This document shows, in pieces, positions 1-8,778 of a stretch of DNA of 34,746 bases. Each line of letters begins with the position of its first letter. Within the stretch, counting starts at the first letter, position 1. The DNA is taken from contig JAUVJE010000002.1 of NCBI GenBank assembly GCA_030592355.1, forward strand, positions 1 to 34,746, in the 5' to 3' direction. The notes under the pieces are model-generated. The model saw nothing but the letters and a program-made list of their open reading frames with translations. It was not told the origin of the DNA and did not search any database. The DNA is from Clostridia bacterium. Its GTDB lineage: Bacteria; Bacillota; Clostridia; DUPQ01. A program made the position numbers and the translations under genes.

Positions 1-258
1 AAACTATATGGCAATGATCTCGGCGGTCTATGAGTAATTTTAACTTCTTTAAAATTCTTAATTTTTATTCCGGGTAATCTTTAGTAAGTGGTATTATATG
101 TGTATTAAAGTTAGAATGGATATGATTTGAATTGACAGTGATAGCATCATATATAACGAATACATTTTAAGTAGTTACAAGCACGCCAGTCGAAGTCAAT
201 CCAAAGTGTTCAAGAACAATAATGTTATACGCAATTTAATATTAAAGGAGCAACCTAC

Positions 259-975
259 ATGAATAATAAAGGCTGGAAATCTATAGAAGCAGTAAAACAT
301 TTTATGAAAATTGCAAATGTATTAATTCCGGGGAGAGCTGAAATATTAAGCACTATTGGGAAACTTGCTGAAAGTCTAAAAGAGGAAAATCTATTTGTAC
401 TAGATTTAGGTTGCGGTTATGGCGATCTTACTGCTGAGATCCTTAAGTATAAATCCGATGCTAAAGTAGTTATGCTTGATTTTTCCGAGGAAATGATTAA
501 AATCTGTAGAATGCGATTTAACGGAAATGAAAACATTGAAATATATGAAGCAGACTTAAATAAAAGTTTGCCGGGTAAAATAAAAAATTATAAATTCAAC
601 ATAGCGGCATCATCATTTTCTCTTCACCATATTGAGTATGAGAATAGAGTTGATTTGTATAAAAGCATATATGAACATTTAGTTAATGAGGGGATATTTG
701 CAAACGGAGACATGTTTATCGGAGAATCATCTAAAATTAATGATTGGGAATTTGATAAGTGGATTGAATGGATGAGGATTCAAATTAAAGAAAAACTTGG
801 GAAAGAAACTACTTTTGAGCAAGTAAAAGAAAGACAGTTGGAATCTTTTAAGCGTTTAGGTGATAAACCCGGAAGTATTTGGGATATGCGAAATGATATT
901 ATTGCTTCAGGATTTAAAAACGTTGACTGTTTATGCAAATTCCAAAACCAAGCATTAATTGTAGCTAGTAAATAA
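259..975 (+). CDS. Class I SAM-dependent methyltransferase
   Basis: 238-aa ORF. Rossmann-fold SAM motif I VLDLGCGYGDLT is followed by the acidic MLDFSEEM segment. AAAGGAG RBS lies ~8 nt upstream of the ATG. Confidence 0.75.
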   Translation: MNNKGWKSIEAVKHFMKIANVLIPGRAEILSTIGKLAESLKEENLFVLDLGCGYGDLTAEILKYKSDAKVVMLDFSEEMIKICRMRFNGNENIEIYEADLNKSLPGKIKNYKFNIAASSFSLHHIEYENRVDLYKSIYEHLVNEGIFANGDMFIGESSKINDWEFDKWIEWMRIQIKEKLGKETTFEQVKERQLESFKRLGDKPGSIWDMRNDIIASGFKNVDCLCKFQNQALIVASK

Positions 976-1020
976 AAAATGTGCTTATAACATTAATATA
1001 GCTATGTAATTGGAGGAAAG

Positions 1021-1584
1021 ATGGTAATACTAATAGGTGGAAATGGTTATACCGGCAAAACACTTTTATCTCAAAAACTATTGGAAAGATACAAAATTCC
1101 ATATTTGTCTATAGATCATATAAAAATGGGTCTTTACAGAGGATTTAAAGATGAAAAATATAACCCTGAGCAAGATTCGTTTATTCTTGGCGAAACTTTG
1201 TGGCCTATTATTAAAGGCATTATTATGACTAACATTGAAAACAGACAGAATATTATTATTGAGGGCTGTTATATTTTGCCTCATCTTATTGACGATTTTG
1301 AAGATAGCTATTCCAAGGAAATTGTTTCAGTTTTTTTAGGATTCTCTGATAATTATATAAGAAATTCTTATAAGTCAAAAATCATAAAAAATCAAAGCAT
1401 CATAGAGTTCAGGGAAGAAGAAAGCGAATCAATGAATGAGCAAATTCAACTTCATAAGATTTTTAGACAAAAATGTCTTGAGAATAAAGTGAACTATTTA
1501 GAAATAGATAAAGATTATGAAATGGAAATTGAAAAAGTTATTAAGTTTATAGATAAGCGTACAAACTTTATCCAGACAATATGA
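1021..1584 (+). CDS. P-loop NTPase / small-molecule kinase-like protein (2-phosphoglycerate-kinase-like; subfamily uncertain)
   Basis: 187-aa ORF with N-terminal Walker A GGNGYTGKT. GGAGGAAAG RBS immediately upstream. Size and layout fit a small P-loop kinase. Confidence 0.55.
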   Translation: MVILIGGNGYTGKTLLSQKLLERYKIPYLSIDHIKMGLYRGFKDEKYNPEQDSFILGETLWPIIKGIIMTNIENRQNIIIEGCYILPHLIDDFEDSYSKEIVSVFLGFSDNYIRNSYKSKIIKNQSIIEFREEESESMNEQIQLHKIFRQKCLENKVNYLEIDKDYEMEIEKVIKFIDKRTNFIQTI

Positions 1585-1665
1585 AATTAATTCAACGATT
1601 CAATGCCGTATTATTGTACAAAAATATGCTATAATTATGACAACGAAAAGGAAAGGAGATTTAAT

Positions 1666-1932
1666 ATGCCGCAGATTAAACCAATTTCAGATTTAAGAAA
1701 TACTAGTGAAATCTCAGAACTTTGTCATAAGAAAGATGAACCTATTTTTATCACTAAAAACGGTTATGGGGATCTGGTTATTATGAGTATTGAAACATAT
1801 GAACGCAATCTGGCGTTATCTGATATTTATAGAAAACTTTCAGAAGCTGAGACGCAATTGGAGAATAAGAGTTCTTTAGTTAACAGTGAAAGTGTTTTTA
1901 ATGATATAAGGAGTAAATATACAATAAAATGA
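1666..1932 (+). CDS. Type II antitoxin, Phd/YefM family
   Basis: Start moved to the ATG at 1666 (MPQIKPISDLRNTSEISELC...PIFITKNGYGDLVIMSIETYE, the typical Phd/YefM N-terminus), with an AAGGAAAGGAG RBS. The stop overlaps the toxin start (ATGA). Confidence 0.8.
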   Translation: MPQIKPISDLRNTSEISELCHKKDEPIFITKNGYGDLVIMSIETYERNLALSDIYRKLSEAETQLENKSSLVNSESVFNDIRSKYTIK

Positions 1933-2225
1933 AATACGTTATAAAATTTACTCCTTTGGCAATTGAGGATCTTGACCAAATTTTCATTTATATAGCTTTT
2001 GAATTATGCAATAATACCGCGGCAGAAAACCTGACATTAAAAATTGAGAATAGAATTAATAGGTTAAAAACGTTTCCATACCATTGCAGCCAAGTTACAG
2101 ATGAAATCCTAAAATTTAAAGGTTATCGAAAATTAATAGTTGACAACTATATTGTTTTTTATCTAGTAGACGAAAAAAGCAAAGAAGTTGTTATCATGAG
2201 AATCCTTTTTGGAGCAAGAATATGA
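1929..2225 (+). CDS. Type II toxin, RelE/ParE superfamily (ParE-like)
   Basis: 98-aa ORF with a 4-nt overlap onto the antitoxin. ParE-like pattern: A..DL..I..YI near the N-terminus and YR.L.V..YIVFY...E....V.I.RIL near the C-terminus. Confidence 0.8.
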   Translation: MKYVIKFTPLAIEDLDQIFIYIAFELCNNTAAENLTLKIENRINRLKTFPYHCSQVTDEILKFKGYRKLIVDNYIVFYLVDEKSKEVVIMRILFGARI

Positions 2226-2264
2226 AAGCATATTGTGATATGAAAATGAATTGGAGGAAACATA

Positions 2265-2738
2265 TTGAATAGAAAGCTCGAAATAAAACAAATCGGGATA
2301 ATCCACAGCCCGCATAAAACAAAAGACGAGTGCCCCATTCAAGGAATTTTCAGCCCCTTAGAGAAAGGGCGAATAGAAATATTCCCTGAATATGAAGAAG
2401 GATTAGAGAGTATTGAGACATTTTCGCATATTATGCTTTTTTATATTTTTGATAAAGCCGGCGTAATAAAATTATCCCGTCCAACATTTTTAGATGATGC
2501 TCCCCATGGTGTTTTTGCTTCCAGGCATCCATGCAGGCCAAACAGTATCGGCATATCAATTGTAAAACTAGAAAAAAGAAATAAAAATATACTGGAAGTA
2601 TCAGGAATAGACATTCTTGACGACAGCCCCCTGATTGACATTAAACCATATATCCCCCGGTTTGATTATTTTGCTAATGCAAATAATGGATGGGCAGAGA
2701 CAAAAAAAATCCTTCCAAAACCAAAGGGAAGAGAATAA
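2265..2738 (+). CDS. trmO: tRNA (t6A37) N6-methyltransferase TrmO / TsaA (UPF0066) family
   Basis: 157 aa, TTG start preceded by GGAGGA. Motifs IGIIHSP, FSHI, RPNSIGISIVKL and DILDDSPLIDIKPY are characteristic of the YaeB/TsaA fold. Confidence 0.8.
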   Translation: MNRKLEIKQIGIIHSPHKTKDECPIQGIFSPLEKGRIEIFPEYEEGLESIETFSHIMLFYIFDKAGVIKLSRPTFLDDAPHGVFASRHPCRPNSIGISIVKLEKRNKNILEVSGIDILDDSPLIDIKPYIPRFDYFANANNGWAETKKILPKPKGRE

Positions 2739-2836
2739 ACTGGCGGAGATTTGAATATAAGGGGGCACTGAAAAAGATTATGTGTAGAAAATATAAATAA
2801 CAATATATTTTACTATTAAGTTATACTCTCAGCGGT

Positions 2837-3520
2837 CTATGAATGATTGCGCTTTGAGTCTTTATAAAATCTATTCAACTTTTTCATATTGTAAATCCAT
2901 AGGAATATAATAAATGGTACAAATACAAGGAGAATCGGCAGGTTCAATGAAAGTATTGTGTTGAAGGTTCCGTGTAATAAAACTGGGTATAAAAGCGAGC
3001 GTCCGTAATATTTCCTGCTTAGTACCGGAGATTCGGCATATTTTGATAATGCAAGGTAATAACCCATGGTAATGGCAAAGAGCATATGTCCGGGAACGGA
3101 GAAAATAGCCCTATACAAAGCAACGGAGGGGGTATCCTGAAAATAACTCGTTAAGTAGAAAATATTTTCTACAGCGGCAAATCCAAGGGCGGCAAATGCA
3201 CAGTAAATAATACCGTCCATTTTTTCATTAAAAGCCGGATGTTTAAAGGCGATTTTCATTACTACGAGACGCTTCATGAATTCTTCTGTCAGCCCTGCGA
3301 TTATGAATGCCTGAAATATAATGCCAAGGATTCCCGCAAACACATTGAATCGCAGTAAAAACATTTGAATAGCCAACACAGGTATCGATGCCAGCATGCC
3401 ATAAAGGAATACTTTGCCAAGAAGTTTCACAGGCTCTCTGTCATACCTGTCAACGGCAAATAAAAACACTATCAGTACTATTACCGGAATCAATGCCAGC
3501 GAGATAATCGTAAAAGTCAT
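2837..3520 (-). CDS. prsW: PrsW-family intramembrane metalloprotease
   Basis: Polytopic membrane protein with GLTEEFMKR, AVENIFY, PGHMLFA and HGTFN motifs (the PrsW E-E-x3-K / H-x3-N pattern). Start set at the internal ATG (MTFTIISL) behind GGAAGAGGA. Confidence 0.7.
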   Translation of the reverse strand: MTFTIISLALIPVIVLIVFLFAVDRYDREPVKLLGKVFLYGMLASIPVLAIQMFLLRFNVFAGILGIIFQAFIIAGLTEEFMKRLVVMKIAFKHPAFNEKMDGIIYCAFAALGFAAVENIFYLTSYFQDTPSVALYRAIFSVPGHMLFAITMGYYLALSKYAESPVLSRKYYGRSLLYPVLLHGTFNTILSLNLPILLVFVPFIIFLWIYNMKKLNRFYKDSKRNHS

Positions 3521-3640
3521 TTTATCCTCTTCCCTGCACGTCAATACAGCATTTATTTGAATTATACTATAAACATGGCAAATTAATAACTTACTATAAA
3601 ATAAATAGAAAATTAGTTAAGAATAATGCAAATTGTACTA

Positions 3641-3669
3641 TTGAAAGAGATATGGTTGGATGGTAAACT
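3641..3669 (+). promoter_or_regulatory. Putative sigma-A promoter for the oxidoreductase gene
   Basis: TTGAAA (3641-3646), 17-nt spacer, TAAACT (3664-3669), about 28 nt upstream of the ATG at 3697. Confidence 0.4.
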
Positions 3670-3696
3670 GAAACCAATCAATCGGGAGGTGTCAAA

Positions 3697-4584
3697 ATGA
3701 AAAAAATAAAAGTAGCCATCGTAGGTTTGGACTCAAGTCATTCAATACAATTCGCAAACAGGGCGCAGGCTCCGGAGTGCGAACCGGACCAGAAGGTGGA
3801 AGGTATTGAGATAATAAGCTGCATGAGATTTGAAACTCCATTCCAGGATAAAAAAGGATTGGATGAGAGAACTGCGCAACTTGAAGGATGGGGTGTTAAA
3901 GTCTATGAGGATTTTGATAAGACCGTTGAAGGTGCGGAAGCGCTTTTACTGGAAGTAAACGACTCTAGTCTCCATGTTGAGTATTTCGAAAAAGCAGCGA
4001 AGCTGGGACTTCCGGTATTTCTTGACAAACCATTGGCCGACACTATGGAGAACGGACTTGAAATCGCACGGATAGCCAAAGAGTACAATGTCAGGATGTT
4101 TTCGGCATCTTCTCTCAGATTTATAGAAAATATGGTGGATACCGTTGATAAAGTTGAAAATATTCAATGCACAAGTGTTTTCGGTCCTCTTGGAATCGCA
4201 GCTGCCGGCGAATCCGTTGTATGGTACGGTGTGCATGCTTTTGAGTTACTTCAAAGGGCAATGGGCCGTGGGGCAAAAGAGGTCACAGCCGTTAATGATG
4301 AAAAAGGTGTTGTTGCGGTAATTCATTACGAAGACGGAAGAAGAGGTGTAGTTGAACTGGCTAAAGGAGCATTTGTTTACGGCGGTTCTGTCAGAAGCAA
4401 CGACGACAAGGCGGTCTTTATATGCGACATGAATTATGCATACAAGGGATTGCTTGAAAGAATAGTTGCATTTTTCAACGGCGCTCCGGCACCGGTGGAG
4501 TTTGAAGATACTCTGGAAATAATGAATCTGCTTGATACTACGGTGAGGGCAATGAAGTCCGGGAAGACCGAAAAACTCAAATAA
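3697..4584 (+). CDS. Gfo/Idh/MocA-family NAD(P)-dependent oxidoreductase
   Basis: 295 aa. N-terminal Rossmann beginning MKKIKVAIVGLDSSHS and an EKP-like FLDKPLA motif typical of the family. GGGAGG RBS. Confidence 0.6.
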   Translation: MKKIKVAIVGLDSSHSIQFANRAQAPECEPDQKVEGIEIISCMRFETPFQDKKGLDERTAQLEGWGVKVYEDFDKTVEGAEALLLEVNDSSLHVEYFEKAAKLGLPVFLDKPLADTMENGLEIARIAKEYNVRMFSASSLRFIENMVDTVDKVENIQCTSVFGPLGIAAAGESVVWYGVHAFELLQRAMGRGAKEVTAVNDEKGVVAVIHYEDGRRGVVELAKGAFVYGGSVRSNDDKAVFICDMNYAYKGLLERIVAFFNGAPAPVEFEDTLEIMNLLDTTVRAMKSGKTEKLK

Positions 4585-4590
4585 ACATTG

Positions 4591-4616
4591 AAGCTCCCGC
4601 TGAGGGGCTTTTTTAT
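4591..4616 (+). terminator. Rho-independent terminator
   Basis: AAGCTCC / GGGGCTT 7-bp stem (one G-U) with a 6-nt loop, followed by TTTTTTAT, directly after the stop at 4584. Confidence 0.7.
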
Positions 4617-4644
4617 CATAAAAGGACTATTTGTCATTTATACC

Positions 4645-4680
4645 TATTTGCTGTTTGTCCCTGGGGACAAACAGCAAATA
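4645..4680. repeat. Perfect 17-bp inverted repeat (36-nt palindrome), candidate operator
   Basis: TATTTGCTGTTTGTCCC tg GGGACAAACAGCAAATA. No U-tract follows. It lies between the terminator at 4591 and the ATG at 4711. Confidence 0.8.
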
Positions 4681-4710
4681 AGGCAAATAGTATTTGAAAG
4701 AAGGGTTGAA

Positions 4711-6093
4711 ATGATAAAAAAAGCGTTTATCATGCCCCACCCTCCGATTATAATTCCGGAAATCGGTAGCGGAAAAGAGAAAAAAGCACAGAGAACCATA
4801 GACGGATGTAAAAAAGCAGCGGCGGAAATTGCTCTGTATAAACCGGATACAATTATTATAATATCTCCTCACGGACCTGCTTACAGCAATGTAATATGTA
4901 TTGCCGCAGACCCTGTGCTAAAGGGCGATTTTGGAGGGTTTGGCAAAAAAAGATTGTCATATGAATTTGATAATGATATGGAATTGGTTGATAGTATTGC
5001 TACGGCTTTAGAATCCGAAGGATTTTTTACAGTTAAAAACAATACGAAAACCAGGGAAAGATATGATATTGATAATTTAATTGACCATGGAGCTCTTGTG
5101 CCTCTGTTTTTTGTTGCCAAAAAATATCCGGTATTCAATCTTGTTCATATTGCGACAGGTTTGCCCAATCCTGAAGATCTGTATAAATGCGGAATAGCCA
5201 TACAGGAGGTCTGTTCGGCCAGCGGGAAAAAGGTTGTGTTAATCGCAAGCGGGGATTTGTCCCATAAACTGACTCACGACGGACCATATGAATATAATCC
5301 CAAAGGACATATTTATGATGAGTTCGTGGTTAAATGCATTGAAGAAAACAACTTTTCGGCTTTAATGGATACATCCCCATACTTAAGGGAATGTGCAGGC
5401 GAATGCGGACACAAACCTATAAATATTATGCTGGGATTATTTGAGAGGCGCTCCTGCAATACAGAAGTATATTCGTATGAAGGTCCGTTCGGCGTAGGCT
5501 ATATGACGGCATGCATAGAAGATATCGGGGAAGGGAGAAGCGTCCTTGAAGAATACAGAACCCAAAAGAAAAAAGGAATTGCTGAATTGAGAAAAAATGA
5601 ATCACCCTATGTGAAGTTAGCCAGGAATACTATTGAAAGATTCGTTATTTCAGGTGAAAAGCCTGAGCCTTTCGGACCACAGAAGGAAAGAAAAGGCAGT
5701 TTTGTGTCAATTAAGAAAAACGGTATTCTGCGGGGATGCATCGGAACTATTGGTCCGACAAAGAATTGCATCGAGAATGAAATCGTTGATAACGCTATAA
5801 AGGCAGCCACAGAGGACCCAAGGTTTCCACCCATAGAACCTGATGAACTTGAGAATCTTGTAATTAGTGTTGATATACTAGCTGAATCGGAGAAAATCAA
5901 ATCAAGGGACATGCTGGATGTAAATGAATACGGTGTAATAGTTTCAAAAGGAATCAGGCGCGGACTGCTGCTTCCCAACCTTGAGGGAGTGGACACTGTT
6001 GATGAGCAAATCAGGATAGCGTTGAGTAAAGCCGAAATCAGCCAGGAGGATGAATACGAACTTGAACGGTTCAGGGTGGTGAGGTACAAATGA
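4711..6093 (+). CDS. Fusion protein: class III extradiol-dioxygenase/LigB-Memo-like domain + AMMECR1 domain (AmmeMemoRadiSam system protein)
   Basis: Start moved to 4711 (MIKKAFIMPHPP) because the upstream extension spans a terminator and a palindrome. The N-terminal half has HPP, SPHGP and GDLSHKL motifs. The C-terminal half has the AMMECR1 signature GILRGCIGTI. Confidence 0.75.
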   Translation: MIKKAFIMPHPPIIIPEIGSGKEKKAQRTIDGCKKAAAEIALYKPDTIIIISPHGPAYSNVICIAADPVLKGDFGGFGKKRLSYEFDNDMELVDSIATALESEGFFTVKNNTKTRERYDIDNLIDHGALVPLFFVAKKYPVFNLVHIATGLPNPEDLYKCGIAIQEVCSASGKKVVLIASGDLSHKLTHDGPYEYNPKGHIYDEFVVKCIEENNFSALMDTSPYLRECAGECGHKPINIMLGLFERRSCNTEVYSYEGPFGVGYMTACIEDIGEGRSVLEEYRTQKKKGIAELRKNESPYVKLARNTIERFVISGEKPEPFGPQKERKGSFVSIKKNGILRGCIGTIGPTKNCIENEIVDNAIKAATEDPRFPPIEPDELENLVISVDILAESEKIKSRDMLDVNEYGVIVSKGIRRGLLLPNLEGVDTVDEQIRIALSKAEISQEDEYELERFRVVRYK

Positions 6094-6932
6094 AAGAAGC
6101 TCTGTATTATTCTCCAATGGCAGATAATAAAGTTCGTTGCGAGTTATGTCCCCACCGCTGCATCATATCAGATGGGTCGACGGGGATATGCAGGGTGCGC
6201 AGGAACTATGGCGGTAAACTTTTTGCAGTGGCATATGAAATGATTTCCTCAATTGCCCTTGATCCTATAGAAAAAAAGCCTCTGGACTTTTTTATGCCCG
6301 GCGCCAATATTCTTTCCGTAGGAACATACGGCTGCAATTTCAATTGTGATTTCTGCCAGAATTATTCTATTTCACAGCAAACCCCTGAACTGGAGCGAAT
6401 TACGGTAGAAAGTTTATGTGAAACCGCCGGAAATCTTAAGGGGAATATCGGAATCGCATTTACATACAACGAACCTTTGATATGGTATGAGTACGTACTT
6501 GAAGCGTGTATGCTGAATCAGAAGCAGGGACGGATTAATGTTCTGGTGACAAATGGATACATAAACCCGGAACCGCTGGATAAATTGTTGCCTTATGTAG
6601 ATGCTATGAATATAGATTTAAAGGCTTTCAAAGATGATTTTTACAGCAAAATCTGCGGGGGCGGCCTTGACGCGGTAAAAACCACAATTAAAAAATGTGC
6701 TGGAAAATGTCATGTAGAATTGACAAATCTATCTATACCGGGTATGAATGACTCAGAAGAAGAAATGGATGAAATGTGCCGCTGGATAGCTTCCATTGAC
6801 AAAAACATACCGCTGCACCTTATATCCTTCAGACCATTATATAAAATGAAGGACCTGCCGCCGCAGGATTTCAACCGTCTGATTAGTTTGAGAAATACAG
6901 CCATGAAATATCTGAACAGAGTGATTATTTAA
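6090..6932 (+). CDS. AmmeMemoRadiSam-system radical SAM enzyme
   Basis: 280 aa with an ATGA overlap onto the upstream gene. CNFNCDFCQN (CX3CX2C) radical SAM cluster motif, plus an N-terminal Cys-rich CELCPHRC...GICRVR segment. Confidence 0.8.
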   Translation: MKEALYYSPMADNKVRCELCPHRCIISDGSTGICRVRRNYGGKLFAVAYEMISSIALDPIEKKPLDFFMPGANILSVGTYGCNFNCDFCQNYSISQQTPELERITVESLCETAGNLKGNIGIAFTYNEPLIWYEYVLEACMLNQKQGRINVLVTNGYINPEPLDKLLPYVDAMNIDLKAFKDDFYSKICGGGLDAVKTTIKKCAGKCHVELTNLSIPGMNDSEEEMDEMCRWIASIDKNIPLHLISFRPLYKMKDLPPQDFNRLISLRNTAMKYLNRVII

Positions 6933-7032
6933 TACATCAAATAACCCAAAATAAAAATTGCCACTGGGAATGAAAAGTGTCTATAAAAACAAATTTCATT
7001 TTTTACACAGCAATACGGCCAGAGCGGTTTCC

Positions 7033-7061
7033 TTGACATTCATATGCATATAAACTAATAT
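7033..7061 (+). promoter_or_regulatory. Putative sigma-A promoter for ilvN-ilvC
   Basis: TTGACA (7033-7038), 17-nt spacer, TAATAT (7056-7061). Confidence 0.45.
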
Positions 7062-7126
7062 ATTTAATACTATATATATGGGATTGTGTTATTATATAGA
7101 GAAGTGGATTGAATGGAGGTACGCAG

Positions 7127-7660
7127 ATGGAACAAAAACACACATTGTCCGTTTTAGTAGAAAACCACTCGGGTGTACTCTCAAGGGTAGCGGGTCTTTT
7201 CAGCCGCCGTGGATTCAATATCAGCAGCCTGGCTGTGGGCGAAACTCATAATCCCGGCATATCAAGGATAACCATCGTAGTAAAAGGCGACGATTATACC
7301 GTAGATCAGGTCAGCAAACAGTTGAACAAGTTGGTGGATGTTATAAAAATCAAAGTCTTTAAAACTCCGGAATTTGTAGGAAGAGAACTTGTTCTCATTA
7401 AAGTTAATGCTTTGGCAAGTTCAAGGGCTGAGATAATGCAATTGGCCAATATTTTCAGAGCTAATATCGTTGACGTCTCAAAAGAAACACTAACCGTAGA
7501 AATAGCAGCTGATCAGGGAAAAATCACGGCGTTGACATCATTGCTTGAGCAATTCGGAATTCTGGAAATCGTTAGAACTGGGATGATAGCAATAGAACGC
7601 GGAAGTGCAGAAAACCACGTATTAGAAGGAGGAATGGAAGTTGGCAAAGATGTATTATGA
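7127..7660 (+). CDS. ilvN: Acetolactate synthase small (regulatory) subunit
   Basis: Start at the ATG at 7127 behind GGAGG. The ACT-domain N-terminus [36 protein letters not shown] is diagnostic. Confidence 0.9.
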   Translation: MEQKHTLSVLVENHSGVLSRVAGLFSRRGFNISSLAVGETHNPGISRITIVVKGDDYTVDQVSKQLNKLVDVIKIKVFKTPEFVGRELVLIKVNALASSRAEIMQLANIFRANIVDVSKETLTVEIAADQGKITALTSLLEQFGILEIVRTGMIAIERGSAENHVLEGGMEVGKDVL

Positions 7661-8636
7661 TAAGGATAGCAATCCTGAAATATTAAAAGATAAAGTAATA
7701 GCTATAATAGGATATGGTAGCCAGGGCCACGCACATGCCCTTAATCTTCATGAAAGCGGATATAATGTAATTGTAGGGTTAAAACCTGATTCATCCAGCA
7801 GGGCAAAGGCCGAAGCGGCAGGATTAAAAGTTACGGATACTGACAAAGCGGCAAAAGCAGGCGATCTCATAATGATTCTTGTTCCCGATGAAAAGCAGGC
7901 GGATATATTTAAAAGTGATATAGAACCAAATATGGAAAAAGGCGATGTGCTTATGTTTGCACATGGGTTTAATATAAATTACAACCAGATAGTTGCACCT
8001 GATTTTACAGATGTAATCATGGTGGCTCCAAAAGGACCGGGACATACTGTCAGGAGTCAATATGAAGAGGGAAGGGGCGTTCCGTCTCTCATCGCGGTAT
8101 ATCAGGACGCATCCGGAAAGGCAAAAGAATATGCCATGGCATATGCCTGTGGAATCGGAGCAGGCCGTGCGGGAATTCTTGAAACTACTTTTAGGGAAGA
8201 AACAGAAACAGATCTTTTTGGAGAGCAGGCTGTTTTATGCGGTGGTGTTACCGAACTGATGAAAGCAGGTTTTGAAGTCCTTATTGAAGCAGGCTATCAG
8301 CCCGAAAGCGCATATTTTGAATGCATACATGAAATGAAACTGATTATTGATCTCATTAATGAGGGTGGATTCGGATATATGAGATATTCTATAAGCGATA
8401 CAGCTGAATATGGTGATTATGTGACAGGGAGAAAAATAATCACTGAAGAAACCAGAAACACAATGCGTAAGGTTCTGTCTGATATACAGGACGGTACTTT
8501 TGCGGCAAATTGGATTGCTGAGAATAAAGCCGGGGGCCGGGCTCGTTTCCTAGCTACCCGAAGAAAGGAATCAGAGCATCAGCTTGAGGCCGTCGGGGCA
8601 GAGTTAAGAAAAATGATGAGCTGGCTCAAAAAATAA
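7641..8636 (+). CDS. ilvC: Ketol-acid reductoisomerase (NADP+)
   Basis: 331 aa with the [13 protein letters not shown] dinucleotide motif. TTG start lies 7 nt after GGAGG (alternative ATG at 7650). Overlaps the ilvN tail. Confidence 0.92.
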   Translation: MAKMYYDKDSNPEILKDKVIAIIGYGSQGHAHALNLHESGYNVIVGLKPDSSSRAKAEAAGLKVTDTDKAAKAGDLIMILVPDEKQADIFKSDIEPNMEKGDVLMFAHGFNINYNQIVAPDFTDVIMVAPKGPGHTVRSQYEEGRGVPSLIAVYQDASGKAKEYAMAYACGIGAGRAGILETTFREETETDLFGEQAVLCGGVTELMKAGFEVLIEAGYQPESAYFECIHEMKLIIDLINEGGFGYMRYSISDTAEYGDYVTGRKIITEETRNTMRKVLSDIQDGTFAANWIAENKAGGRARFLATRRKESEHQLEAVGAELRKMMSWLKK

Positions 8637-8644
8637 TGACACTT

Positions 8645-8675
8645 AATACCCGGCAAAACAGCCGGGTATTTATTA
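8645..8675 (+). terminator. Rho-independent terminator after ilvC
   Basis: AATACCCGGC / GCCGGGTATT 10-bp stem, AAAACA loop, then a T-rich TATTAATT tail. Confidence 0.6.
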
Positions 8676-8778
8676 ATTCGACTCGCTGACCCAGGGTCAA
8701 GGGTCAGCTGGTCTAATAAGGGAATGACAGCGGTTTTTGGGAATATGATAAAATTAACTACAGGAGAGAGTGATTGAT

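Noticed and set aside
1-33. Possible 3' end of an upstream + strand gene (...KLYGNDLGGL, stop at 31-33).
   Set aside because: Only 10 codons are visible. That is too short to support any call.
4588-4710. N-terminal extension of the AMMECR1 fusion ORF (track start 4588).
   Set aside because: The extension would be translated through a canonical terminator (4591-4616) and the 36-nt palindrome. The conserved domain begins at MIKKAFIMPHPP (4711), which has its own purine-rich RBS.
6933-7126. Looked for a T-box, leader peptide or riboswitch upstream of ilvN. Also looked for a purine/xanthine riboswitch upstream of the purine operon (12921-13066).
   Set aside because: No T-box consensus or purine-riboswitch-like conserved loops were seen. 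The predicted 5' UTRs after the -10 boxes are only ~45-65 nt. The only upstream ATG (7078) opens an out-of-frame ORF that runs into ilvN and has no Ile/Leu/Val codon run.
8062-8259. 65-aa + strand ORF in an alternative frame inside ilvC.
   Set aside because: It is fully embedded in the strongly supported ilvC frame, with no RBS and an Arg-rich out-of-frame composition.
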